A program made the translations under genes and the position numbers. DNA of 64,000 bases, from positions 1 to 64,000 of the forward strand of contig JAGXNO010000002.1 of NCBI GenBank assembly GCA_019894975.1. Reading direction: 5' to 3'. Each line of letters begins with the position of its first letter. Positions within the stretch are counted from its first letter, which is position 1. The notes beneath the pieces are model-generated. The model was not told where the DNA came from. It was given only the letters and a program-made list of their open reading frames with translations, and did not search any database. The DNA is from Promethearchaeota archaeon (GTDB lineage Archaea > Asgardarchaeota > Lokiarchaeia > Sigyniarchaeales > SOKP01). This document shows, piece after piece, positions 1 through 10,350 of this stretch.

Positions 1-553
<553 letters not shown>

Positions 554-744
554 AATAAATTATGAAGCTTATCACAAAGCAATTTGTGTAAATTTTAACT
601 TAAATTGGGGATCTAATTAAACTTTCTTCAGTTATATTAATTATAATATAACTACATTTTTTATACCGCATCTATGATAAAACTCTTCATCTAACGGATG
701 TATACCATAATCCAAGCTTACACCGGTAAAGATGCGTTTTGCTG

Positions 745-790
745 CAATATTATAAACACACTATACATTTTAAATTTTTTTGTTTTTTTC
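745..790 (-). promoter_or_regulatory. Putative rRNA promoter region
   Basis: Minus strand AAAAAATTTAAAA and TTTATAAT (BRE/TATA-like) about 200 nt upstream of 16S; AT-rich background makes this weak. Confidence 0.35.
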
Positions 791-849
791 AGTGTATCCA
801 AGTTTAGATTATTAAATTTTCGTAGTTTAAAAATCTCTTTTAAAATAAA

Positions 850-1887
850 ATGATATCATTTCAAAAACAGAAAATTTTGATTAACATGCAGCTTAATGAA
901 AAAATCGGAATCTATTTAGACCAAATAAAACAAATAAAAGGAGTAGAAAATGCTGTTTTAACTCAAAGAGATGGAAATCCTATTCAATCAACAGGAGTTT
1001 GGTTCTCTAAAGATGAAATTTTTAATGTAAGTTCCGCTACGAGTGCTATTTTTAACGTAGGTATTCATTTACATCCAAAAGATTTGAAATACATATTAAT
1101 AGAAGGTAAAAAGGCTAAAATTTTAATTGCACCATTAAACAGTCCTGTTCATAACTCATTAAATAGAATTTTAGAACTTCAAGGGATTCTAGACGATAAA
1201 CATGAATTTTTCATTGCTATTACAGCTCAACCAAATATCAACCTAGGGGGAATTTTCCTCCAAACGAGTGAATGTTTAAGGAAAATAAAGACCAGTCTAA
1301 TTACATCCGGAGAATCTTTCAAACCACCATTAATTCAATTTAGCAGTCAGAAAATTCAAAATATAATAGAAGGGTTTAACGTTAAAGAAAACGAGCAATT
1401 AAATTTTAATTTGTCACCATTTTCATTAAGTTTCTCAAAATCTATCTCGTTAGAGCTGAAAAAGGTCTTAGGTAATATTTCTCGTACTATCCCTGATTTG
1501 AAGTATGCTTTTGTTACAATTGAAGGAGGGTTTATTGCGTCTAAATTATTAAAGAATTTGGAAATGAGTACAGAAAAATTAGATAAAACCTCTGCTATGA
1601 GTTATTCTTTATTTCAAACAGCTAATCGATGCGCTTGGTTATTGAAAAAAATGCAAGCTGAAAGCATTCTACTCGATTGTCAACAATCTTTTCAATTCAT
1701 CGAAGGATTGGGAAAATCAGTTTTTAGCTCTGTTATTGGTAAAACACGGCAGAAGTTAGGTTTAATAAGGTTGATCCTCCCACAATTCACAAAGAAAATT
1801 AGCAATCTTGTTAAAGAGGCATCAGAAATTCAAGATCCTCAAACTTTTGATATAAAAAGAATGTTAGGAGAATTAGTAATAAAATAA
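850..1887 (+). CDS. Tandem roadblock/LC7 (MglB-like) domain protein; start may be ATG at 886
   Basis: Two repeats of the roadblock pattern: GVENAVLTQRDGNPI..VSSATSAIF..ILIEGKK and DLKYAFVTIEGGFIAS..SAMSYSL..ILLD; both end in NLG/KLG-type helix. Confidence 0.8.
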   Translation: MISFQKQKILINMQLNEKIGIYLDQIKQIKGVENAVLTQRDGNPIQSTGVWFSKDEIFNVSSATSAIFNVGIHLHPKDLKYILIEGKKAKILIAPLNSPVHNSLNRILELQGILDDKHEFFIAITAQPNINLGGIFLQTSECLRKIKTSLITSGESFKPPLIQFSSQKIQNIIEGFNVKENEQLNFNLSPFSLSFSKSISLELKKVLGNISRTIPDLKYAFVTIEGGFIASKLLKNLEMSTEKLDKTSAMSYSLFQTANRCAWLLKKMQAESILLDCQQSFQFIEGLGKSVFSSVIGKTRQKLGLIRLILPQFTKKISNLVKEASEIQDPQTFDIKRMLGELVIK

Positions 1888-1900
1888 TATAGGTGTTACC

Positions 1901-2797
1901 ATGAATTTTTTCAAAATCTTAGATAAGTTCAAAAAGGATTATAGTTCTTTAATTTTGTATTGTTTATTGGATCGGATCCCAATAATCGTTATGGGAGATG
2001 ATTCAGAAAAACTAAACAGCTTTTTGATTGAATTATCTGAACTCGTTCATTTTCGAAGAGATTACGTTTTCTATACTGACTTTATATCTTTAGAAGAGTA
2101 TGATGACTTAATTTCGAATGAAGGTATAGATTATAATTACCAAAGAGCCCATATAAGATGCCCTTGCGAAGTTGCGATTAAGGCTTTAAATACATTTAAA
2201 AATATTGATTCTTGGCTCATTGGTATCGTAATCCCAAAAAATAAAGAGGATTTACTAAAATTAAGGGTTTTTATTAACAAAAAAGCAGAAAAAATTCTAT
2301 ATATTTCTTTCTTCTCTAACAACTTTTCAATAGATTTCGAGCAAATACATTTGAAATCAGTAGATTTAACACTTGAACAGAATATTTTTAAGAAAATTTC
2401 TCAAGATACTGAAAAATCTATAATTAAGATGAAAAGAGTCTTAAATGACAAAATTACATCAAATCAACTTGATAAAGATTTTGTAAATACATTGCTTGAC
2501 TTTGAAATTGAGAAAAGTGAATTGAAGAAAAATATTTTTAAACGAGAGATACAAAATTTTTATTCTGGTTCGAAAAGAGCGTTCTTTATACTATCTAGAT
2601 TGAATTTGCTAAATAATTTAGAAGTTTATACTAAAATTGGTACTAAAACCCTACTCGAAACAATCGATTATGAGGAAGTTCCAATTGATAGAATAATTTC
2701 CTTCATAAAAAAAGAATGGGGTGAAGATTTTTCAGAGTTAATTGAGGATGGGAAAAAATCATTTATGGGTGATAAAATTGTCTCACTCTGGGGTTAG
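1901..2797 (+). CDS. Hypothetical protein, DENN-core-like
   Basis: SD AGGTG upstream; LILYCLLDRIPIIVMGDDSEKLNSFLIELSEL and WLIGI resemble the cDENN/folliculin core pattern. Confidence 0.5.
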   Translation: MNFFKILDKFKKDYSSLILYCLLDRIPIIVMGDDSEKLNSFLIELSELVHFRRDYVFYTDFISLEEYDDLISNEGIDYNYQRAHIRCPCEVAIKALNTFKNIDSWLIGIVIPKNKEDLLKLRVFINKKAEKILYISFFSNNFSIDFEQIHLKSVDLTLEQNIFKKISQDTEKSIIKMKRVLNDKITSNQLDKDFVNTLLDFEIEKSELKKNIFKREIQNFYSGSKRAFFILSRLNLLNNLEVYTKIGTKTLLETIDYEEVPIDRIISFIKKEWGEDFSELIEDGKKSFMGDKIVSLWG

Positions 2798-2805
2798 AAC
2801 TGACC

Positions 2806-3399
2806 ATGATATTTGATTTTGAAAATAAAACATTGCAAGTTAAAATAGTATATTATGGACCTGCTATGTCAGGTAAAACCACGTCTGTAAAATTTTTATT
2901 TTCCTTCTTTAAAAAAGAAAACTCACTGAAATCAATTGATAGTACTGTAGGAAGAACGTTATTCTTTGATTTTGGTGTTTTACAATTTAAAGGAGCTGAA
3001 TGGAACTTAAAATTTTTAGTCTACTCTGCAACGGGTCAAGATTTTTACGCCAGTACCAGACCCTCAACACTAAATGGGGTGGATGGAATAATATTTGTAG
3101 TTGATTCCCAAAGAGAATGTTTGAATCATAATTTACGTTCCTGGAATGAATTGAAAACATTATTTGGCAATGAATTATATAAGATTCCTATTGTAATTTC
3201 ACTAAATAAATACGATCTAGCTCAAACAAACAAACTACATGAAAATGATTTTATTTCACACATTGATTATACGAAATTCAAACAGTTGTCTTTAAAAAAA
3301 ACAGCAGCAATAAAAGGAGATGGAATTTTGGATTCTTTTAGTCAACTAATTAAATTTATATTCCCACAACTGATAATAAATTTAGAAATTAATCATTAA
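2806..3399 (+). CDS. MglA-like small GTPase
   Basis: KIVYYGPAMSGKTT, RTLFFDF, ATGQ, GVDGIIFVVDS, NKYD motifs. Confidence 0.9.
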   Translation: MIFDFENKTLQVKIVYYGPAMSGKTTSVKFLFSFFKKENSLKSIDSTVGRTLFFDFGVLQFKGAEWNLKFLVYSATGQDFYASTRPSTLNGVDGIIFVVDSQRECLNHNLRSWNELKTLFGNELYKIPIVISLNKYDLAQTNKLHENDFISHIDYTKFKQLSLKKTAAIKGDGILDSFSQLIKFIFPQLIINLEINH

Positions 3400-3595
3400 C
3401 TTTTATTTTCAATTTTTTGGTACATATTTTTTGAAATTCTTTTAATATTACCATCCAAAACAAATTGATTTAATAAGTTTCTTACTTTCCTCACTTCTGA
3501 AGCATCTATTTCTAGGACACTCATAAGTTGAAAAATCGAAAATTGTATAGGTAGACTCTCTTTTATTCTATTATATAGACCCGTTCTTTACTCAC
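3396..3595 (-). pseudogene. Small winged-helix-like protein, frameshifted near the N-terminus (not in ORF track)
   Basis: Open frame ..LYNRIKESLPIQFSIFQLMSVLEIDASEVRKVRNLLNQFVLDGNIKRISKNMYQKIENKS*; GTG at 3595 is one base out of frame. Confidence 0.5.
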
Positions 3596-3880
3596 ATCAA
3601 ATATTTATTAAATTAGTCTAAAGTAATGAAACTATACTTTTATATTTTATTTAATTCGTAAGAGTTTTAATAAGGGAGTTAAGGTTTTTGTAATCCTCAA
3701 AGTAACTATAAGTTATCATTCCTACTTCTCGTAGATCATCCTTGTCTAGTCATTTTCATAGAATATTTACAACCTTATATATCCCTATTTTATGTAATTT
3801 CTTAAACAGTTAAGAAACAATTTGAATATATAATTACTAAATATAATTAAAACAAGCAAATTATTAAGTGTAAGGAATTT

Positions 3881-4567
3881 TTAATTTTCACTGGAATCCT
3901 TAATTCTATCTACGATTGGAGCTTCTCCATCACCATATATCTGATACTCACCTACTCTCCTCGCGCATTCAGAGAAACTACGGATAACATTGCTCCTTTT
4001 TTCATATAATGCGCAGGTTTTATAAATTATTGGATTCCATCTATATAATTCATCTTCAGGTTCATACCATAGCTTTTCATCTTTTAAAACTTGCTTAAAA
4101 TCTTCTTCTCCTATGACTTCTGTAAGATCTTGCTTATTTAACATAACAATCATAGGAATTTCTCTAATTAATTTTCCCCTGGTAATATTTTTCAATTCCT
4201 TCAAAGATTCGATATTATCCTCAAAAAAGTGAGTTTGTGAATCAACGGTAAAGATAACTCCATCTGTCCCCTTAAAGATCTTCTTTCTCAAGGGAGAGAA
4301 TCTTCTTTGGCCCGCTACAGTGTAAACATGATAGAAAACCTTCCCTCTGCTTTTTTGTTTTGTAGACATGAAAATCCCTCTATCAAAATAAAGGGTTGAT
4401 CCACTTGCCATTGAAATCTTCGTTAAATTACCAGTGGGAGCAATATCTTTTTCATTCTCTTTTGTAAACCTATATAAAGTGTCTACAATTGTAGTTTTTC
4501 CTGATCCTGCCATCCCCCAATAAAGAATTTTAATATAAACCTTGTGATCTGCTGTAAATCGAACCAT
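3881..4567 (-). CDS. MglA-like small GTPase
   Basis: KILYWGMAGSGKTT, STLYFD, TVAGQ, GTDGVIFTVDS, NKQD. Confidence 0.9.
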   Translation of the reverse strand: MVRFTADHKVYIKILYWGMAGSGKTTIVDTLYRFTKENEKDIAPTGNLTKISMASGSTLYFDRGIFMSTKQKSRGKVFYHVYTVAGQRRFSPLRKKIFKGTDGVIFTVDSQTHFFEDNIESLKELKNITRGKLIREIPMIVMLNKQDLTEVIGEEDFKQVLKDEKLWYEPEDELYRWNPIIYKTCALYEKRSNVIRSFSECARRVGEYQIYGDGEAPIVDRIKDSSEN

Positions 4568-4770
4568 GGAAAATTTAACCCTTAGTAGATTAATTGTTAT
4601 TTCGAATATTTTAAATTAAAATTAGTGACTTATGAAAAATATTTCTAGTTTATTAATAAATTAAATAATTTAGTACTATTATAATTAAGTATTTATAATT
4701 CCTCTTTGGTATTTTAACTTTTTGACAAACTAAATCCTATTTAAGAAATTATAAAGTAGAGTTAAAATAC

Positions 4771-5004
4771 TTAAATCTCAACAAAAGTTTCTCCTAATCT
4801 AATCTTGTAGTTGCACCATAATATCAAATTATTATAGTTTTCTCCTACTTTTCCTTCTCTAATTATCAAATTAATAATATCCGAATACATTATTTCTCTT
4901 TTACCCTTAAAAATTTGGCTTAATTTATTTTTAATTTCTTTGAGAAGGTCAATATTATTTTTGGGGATGTTCCTAATACTCTGATAATTATTATCTATTT
5001 TCAT
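4771..5004 (-). CDS. Small hypothetical protein
   Basis: 77-aa ORF with GGAGG SD upstream. Confidence 0.6.
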   Translation of the reverse strand: MKIDNNYQSIRNIPKNNIDLLKEIKNKLSQIFKGKREIMYSDIINLIIREGKVGENYNNLILWCNYKIRLGETFVEI

Positions 5005-5226
5005 ATAATACCTCCGAACGAATATTTAATTTTTATACATATTATCAATATAACTCTAATTTGGATGTTTTAAATCCCTAGTATTTTACTTTTTATTATC
5101 TCTCTCTCATTCCCTAAGGTTAATTCTTTCATCTGACAGTACTAAGATTTCTTTTGAGTTCATTACTATTCTACATTTTTAAAATAAAATAGGTCATATA
5201 TTTGATACTCAAAATCGAATATAGAT

Positions 5227-6252
5227 GTGTTTATAATTAGTCAAGAGAAACTAGAAACAAAAACAATTGAAAGTTGTCCTGAATGTGGTGGGAGTGTTAT
5301 TCTAAATAGTTTTGAAGTTATTTGCAAAGAATGTGGATTAGTTATTAATGGTGTCTTCAAAGCTTCTTCATTTATTTTTAATCAAGCAAATAAAACAAGT
5401 AATTTAAGTAAACAATATGTAGCTTTAGGAGAAAGAACAGATTTCGTGGGAGGATTAGGATCATTTATTGACTATGAAAATTCTAAATATTTAAAAGATA
5501 AAACAGGAAAACCGTTACCTCCAAATGAGCAAAAATTATATAGAAGGTTAAAAAAAAATTATGCTCAATTTTTAAGGATCAAAAATCATGAAACAGAATA
5601 TCGAATTTTTAATATTTTAAACAAGATTTCATTATTTTTGAACTTAAATAAAAACTTAAGAAACAGTGCCGCTTATTATTATAAAAAAATTGTGAAAAAT
5701 GAAGAAAACGTAATTAATAATATTTCTTTAATTGCATTTTGTATTTTTCATGCCGTTAGGAAGGAATATCATAATGCCCCAATCACTATAAATGAAATCG
5801 CAAAGGCATTTCAAAATTTCGGTCATCGCGTAAACCCTAGGTTAATCCTACGAGATGGAATAAGATACAAACATCACTTAAATAACGAATCTCTACCCCA
5901 CAAAAGTGAAGATTATATTATAAGATTAATAAATCAAGTTATTCATCACAAGGATTTGTTGGAAAGGCTTGAAAAAAAAGGAACCGTATGGTCTAAAGAT
6001 GAGTTCCAGAATCGGTTGCTTAATATGTGTCGAAAAATATTGATAGAATTACCTATATTACATCGAGGTGGTAGAAATCCATTCATTTTAACTGGAGCTA
6101 TAATTTATCTTGCGGATAAATTATTAGCGAAAGAAAATAAGCAAAAAGCAATTTTAACGCAAAAAATGATTTCCGAAGCTACGCATATTGCTGAATATTC
6201 AATTAGAGATCATTATGTTAACCTTTTAAAACCTCTTTTTATGAATAATTGA
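5227..6252 (+). CDS. tfb: Transcription factor IIB family paralog
   Basis: Zn ribbon CPECG..CKECGLV, two cyclin folds, C-terminal TQKMISEATHIAEYSIRDHY HTH. Confidence 0.85.
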   Translation: MFIISQEKLETKTIESCPECGGSVILNSFEVICKECGLVINGVFKASSFIFNQANKTSNLSKQYVALGERTDFVGGLGSFIDYENSKYLKDKTGKPLPPNEQKLYRRLKKNYAQFLRIKNHETEYRIFNILNKISLFLNLNKNLRNSAAYYYKKIVKNEENVINNISLIAFCIFHAVRKEYHNAPITINEIAKAFQNFGHRVNPRLILRDGIRYKHHLNNESLPHKSEDYIIRLINQVIHHKDLLERLEKKGTVWSKDEFQNRLLNMCRKILIELPILHRGGRNPFILTGAIIYLADKLLAKENKQKAILTQKMISEATHIAEYSIRDHYVNLLKPLFMNN

Positions 6253-6413
6253 ATATTTTTATTTTATTAGGGAAGAATTAAGCAAGGTAATAATTTAGAA
6301 ATTTTCCATTAATGATTATTATTTTTATTTCTGAAATTAAATTACATTAAATTTTTTATGGTAACCTGAATTTATAAAGACTAGAATAATCTTAGATCAA
6401 AGAAATTAATATT

Positions 6414-6529
6414 GCTTCTGTAGTGTAGACCGGTCAATTTAACACCCCTATATTCTAAAAAAGGATTAAGACCAAGCATCTGAGGCTCTCACCTTCGGGA
6501 CCCGGGTTCAAATCCCGGCAGAAGCACCA
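6414..6529 (+). tRNA. tRNA-Glu(CTC) with 38-nt D-loop intron (6438-6475), CCA encoded
   Basis: Acceptor GCTTCTG/CAGAAGC, anticodon CTC at 6488-6490, T-arm CCGGGTTCAAATCCCGG; intron flanked by GGTC/GACC helix and 3-nt bulges. Confidence 0.93.
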
Positions 6530-6640
6530 AACTTTATTTCCATATTGATTTTAGAATTAAAAATATATTAATTCTTTGATTAGGATTATTTTTATTAATA
6601 AATCTTATAAACTGGCTTTAAAATCAAATAAAGCTTAATA

Positions 6641-7027
6641 CTAAGATAACTTTTTAAATAAATCAAAAAGATCCGATAATACATCAGAATATTTTTTAAT
6701 AAGTTCTACTTCAGTTTCGTTTTCCAATTTTGCCAGTATTAATTGCATTTTTTTGTCAATAACTAATTTTATTGATTTTATGGTATTTTTTTCTGAGATG
6801 TCGCTCACGGTTTCAGAATGTTTAGGAATATCTTCACTTTTTACATAGTTTTGAATGCTATTATCAGTCATAACTACTACTTTTCTGTTGCAACTAGGAC
6901 ACAATTTTTCTCCTTCTTTACTCCTAAAAATTGGATTATTACAGACAGGGCAAGCAATATTTAGCATTGTGTACCCCATCCTAAGAAGTTCGGCCATTTT
7001 ACTTACATCTTCGTTAATTTTTATCAC
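6641..7027 (-). CDS. UPF0148 / autoantigen p27 Zn-ribbon protein
   Basis: KMAELLRMGYTMLNIACPVCNNPIF..CPSC. Confidence 0.85.
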   Translation of the reverse strand: MIKINEDVSKMAELLRMGYTMLNIACPVCNNPIFRSKEGEKLCPSCNRKVVVMTDNSIQNYVKSEDIPKHSETVSDISEKNTIKSIKLVIDKKMQLILAKLENETEVELIKKYSDVLSDLFDLFKKLS

Positions 7028-7078
7028 TTTTCTTTAATATTTGGAGTAATGTGGTCTTTAAAGATATAAGAGTAATAA

Positions 7079-7273
7079 TTATTCTCTATTTCTTATCTTT
7101 AATATATTTACGATATACCCAGATATCCGATTTCTTAAATGTTTTGAATCTACTTCAAGATATTTGTCCAAAAGCTTTTTATTTTGCTCAAAATCAGTTG
7201 TAAATACATCGGGGTATTTATTTATAAGTTCTTTTGATACATTTTTAATTAAAATTGTTCTTACTTTTCCCAT
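7079..7273 (-). CDS. rps17e: 30S ribosomal protein S17e
   Basis: MGKVRT..FTTDFEQNK..SKHLRNRISGY. Confidence 0.97.
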   Translation of the reverse strand: MGKVRTILIKNVSKELINKYPDVFTTDFEQNKKLLDKYLEVDSKHLRNRISGYIVNILKIRNRE

Positions 7274-7380
7274 TTTAATATCTAACTTTAAATTTTATTA
7301 GTTTTGGATTAAAATTATTACTGAAATAAATTTTTTTGTAATTATTTTAGTTTTTATAGTTTATTACCGAGATTTAGGAT

Positions 7381-8589
7381 GTGAAGAAGAATTTAATATT
7401 TATAATTTTATTAGTTTTTCTCATTGAGATACCTTGTTATTTAGAATCTGTAAAAGGATATTATTGTGAAGTATATAATTTAGAGACAGATAAAAGTAGT
7501 TATTATACAAATGAAATTATTGAGTTAAATGCCACATGGGAACTAGATTACAATCCGTTTACTGAGAATGGTTACATCCAAATAAATATTTATGATTCTT
7601 TAGATACTCTTATTTGGAATTCCTCAAAGTATTATGAGATTGGTCTTTTTACTAAACAATGGAGTATTAACACTTCCGAATTAAGAACTACGTTTTCAAA
7701 TTACTCTAATAATATTATCATAGAGATATATTTTTATTTTTGGGGCGGTGAACTAGAGCATCCTGATCTTAAAGACTCAGAGGAAATAACTATCATTAAG
7801 CGAATCCCAATGTGCCAATTAATAGGGTTTAAAGATAGATTAAATTATGGTGAAGAACTAGCTTTTACTGCAAGATTTTGTGATAACACAATTGAAAATG
7901 GTTCGTTATTAATTAATCAAATAGTTTCATTTATGATAAGCTTTAATAATTCAATAATTTTTAAAGATAATTTCACTACCAATCAATTAGGAATAATCGA
8001 GATGACACTCGGGTCATTTGTTCATTTAAATGTCGGGTTGAATGCATTGATATTTAAAATTATGCAAAACAACATTTACAATAATACAATTTTTCAATAT
8101 GAAATCCTAGTTGAAAAAAATCCTGTCTTTATCAATGTTATTAATATAGAGGATCTTAAAGTTAAAGAGGAGGATTTAATAATCCAATTATATTGTTACT
8201 ATTTTTTTAACGATTCAATGACACCACTTAATAATCAAAGTATCAAAGTGGAGATTTCATATAATCAAAGTTTAATTTTCTCAAAAAGTTATAATACTAA
8301 TGTTACAGGATTTTTATCAATAACCATATCTCAAACAATATTAAGCTTTACTAGAGAATTTGAAGATATATTACTAATATTAGAATATAATGGCAATTCT
8401 TTTTTGCAAAGTAATACAACATCTTTAATTTTAAGTATAGACGGTTCTAAAGGAAGGAGTTCTCAAAATTTAAATGTATTTTTAATTGTTACATTTTCAA
8501 TATTATCAATAGTAATACCTCTCCCCTTATTATACAGATTTAAGAAAGAAAGAAAGAAAATGTTGACTGAGGTTATCATAAAATATTAA
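7381..8589 (+). CDS. Secreted, C-terminally membrane-anchored surface protein (Ig-like beta repeats)
   Basis: N-terminal hydrophobic signal, many N-x-S/T sequons, repeated TN.LG/TG motifs, C-terminal TM followed by KKERKK. Confidence 0.7.
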   Translation: MKKNLIFIILLVFLIEIPCYLESVKGYYCEVYNLETDKSSYYTNEIIELNATWELDYNPFTENGYIQINIYDSLDTLIWNSSKYYEIGLFTKQWSINTSELRTTFSNYSNNIIIEIYFYFWGGELEHPDLKDSEEITIIKRIPMCQLIGFKDRLNYGEELAFTARFCDNTIENGSLLINQIVSFMISFNNSIIFKDNFTTNQLGIIEMTLGSFVHLNVGLNALIFKIMQNNIYNNTIFQYEILVEKNPVFINVINIEDLKVKEEDLIIQLYCYYFFNDSMTPLNNQSIKVEISYNQSLIFSKSYNTNVTGFLSITISQTILSFTREFEDILLILEYNGNSFLQSNTTSLILSIDGSKGRSSQNLNVFLIVTFSILSIVIPLPLLYRFKKERKKMLTEVIIKY

Positions 8590-8857
8590 ACCACTTGTCT
8601 ATTATCCTTAAATAAAGAATTCGCTAAAATTATAATACTTTTAAACGCATCCATTAAATAAATTAATAATTTATCGATTTTAATCCAAAAATTATAAGGA
8701 AGAATAAAATATCATTATAAAAAACACAATATTAAGATGCACGATATCCATTTAACCGATAAAAATTTCAGAATAAAAAAATTAATACTCTGTATTTTAT
8801 TATAAGGGATCTTTTTTTAAATTTATAATAGATTCTAATTGATAAATCGCTGCTACT

Positions 8858-10057
8858 ATGGAATATTTTAAAGAACTGTTGACTAAACCAACACTATTTC
8901 AAGAGGAAAGGAAACTTGACATGAATTTCATTCCTGAAGAATTACCGCACCGAGACAAGGAAATCTCCTTACTATCGCAATTATTTTTAAGTCTTATAAC
9001 AAAACCAAATTCAATTTCTAGAAAAATTCTAATAACCGGAAAAACTGGTATTGGAAAGACTGTTACAGTAAAAGTTTTCGGTAGCATTCTCCAAAAAATA
9101 GCAAAAGAAAGAAATATAGTTATTAAATATGTCCATATTAATTGCCGAAAAGAAAGGACTAGTTATAAAGCCCTGATTAAGATCATTCGAATATTAAACG
9201 AAAATTTTCCAAAAAGAGGATATTCTCCTCAAGATTTATTAGAAATTATCACTGATTTTCTTAACCAACAGGATGTACATATATTAATAGTTTTGGATGA
9301 GTTAAATTATCTCATAAATAAAGGAGAAGATCTGATTTATTCTCTTACTCGAGTCAATGATGATTCAATTGATACTCAAGAAAGAATTTCAATTATTGGA
9401 ATTGTAAGGGATATCTCATGTTTAAATAATTTAGACTACAGTACTGTAAGTTCTCTGCAAAGAAACATTATTAAATTTAGCAATTATTCAAAAGAACAGA
9501 TTTTTGACATTTTAAAATATCGAGCTTATCTTAGTTTAAAGGAAAATGTTATATCAAATGATTTAATCAAAATGGTAGTTGAATCAATTCATGTAAATGG
9601 TGATATTAGAAATGGTTTAAATATATTGTGGAAAGCAACTAAGATTGCCGAAGGAAAAAATCTTCAACATATAAATTCAGAATGCGTTCGACTAGGAAGC
9701 CAAGAATTAATGCCTTTTTCAACTTTAGATGTCTTAAAGTATATGTCCTCACAAAAGCTATTTTTCTTGCTGGCAATTATTATGGGATTTAAAAAAAAAA
9801 TCGAAATTAATATTTCCTTTGCAGATATTTTAAGACGATATCAAATAATATGTGAAAACTATGGTTTGCATCCAAGATCTAATTCTCAACTTTGGAATTA
9901 TCTTCAAGAGTTTAAACGAGAGGGTATAATTTTAATTGAAATTTTAGGTGAGAAAATTAGGGGAAGGAAAGCTTCAATACAAATTCCAGAAGTAGATTTA
10001 CTAAAGTTGGAAAAAATTGTAGTTGAGATATTACAATCAAAAGGACTAAGTGTTTAA
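8858..10057 (+). CDS. cdc6: Cdc6/Orc1 replication initiator
   Basis: FIPEELPHRDKEI, Walker A GKTGIGKT, Walker B LIVLDELNYL, GDIR, C-terminal wHTH. Confidence 0.95.
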   Translation: MEYFKELLTKPTLFQEERKLDMNFIPEELPHRDKEISLLSQLFLSLITKPNSISRKILITGKTGIGKTVTVKVFGSILQKIAKERNIVIKYVHINCRKERTSYKALIKIIRILNENFPKRGYSPQDLLEIITDFLNQQDVHILIVLDELNYLINKGEDLIYSLTRVNDDSIDTQERISIIGIVRDISCLNNLDYSTVSSLQRNIIKFSNYSKEQIFDILKYRAYLSLKENVISNDLIKMVVESIHVNGDIRNGLNILWKATKIAEGKNLQHINSECVRLGSQELMPFSTLDVLKYMSSQKLFFLLAIIMGFKKKIEINISFADILRRYQIICENYGLHPRSNSQLWNYLQEFKREGIILIEILGEKIRGRKASIQIPEVDLLKLEKIVVEILQSKGLSV

Positions 10058-10059
10058 TT

Positions 10060-10350
10060 ATGATCATATCAGAAAATAAATTTTTAATTGAAGATCTCCT
10101 AGGTTCTAAAGCCAGAGTTAAAATATTAAAAGCTTTGGCTCAGAATGAGGAGTTAACAATTTCGTTAATAATTAGCAAGACTAAATTAAATTATTCTAAT
10201 GTGATAAAACATCTCAATCATCTTAAAAATCTTAATTTAGTTCAAGAAAAAACTTTTGGGAGGATTAAAATCTTTAGATACCGAATCGAAAATACAAAAG
10301 CACGTAGCTTAAAGAAATTCATTGAAATTTGGGAAGGAGATTTTTATTGA
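10060..10350 (+). CDS. ArsR-like winged-HTH protein
   Basis: DLLGSKARVKILKAL..HLNHLKNLNLVQEKTFGRIKIF. Confidence 0.8.
   Translation: MIISENKFLIEDLLGSKARVKILKALAQNEELTISLIISKTKLNYSNVIKHLNHLKNLNLVQEKTFGRIKIFRYRIENTKARSLKKFIEIWEGDFY

Noticed and set aside
3745-3760. Selenocysteine recoding of two in-frame TGA codons
   Set aside because: No start codon, no selenoprotein-like context and no SECIS recognised
8590-8857. Replication origin with ORB repeats upstream of cdc6
   Set aside because: AT-rich with a few TCCA words and two ATTATAAGG, but no convincing TTCCA..GAAA + G-string ORB repeats
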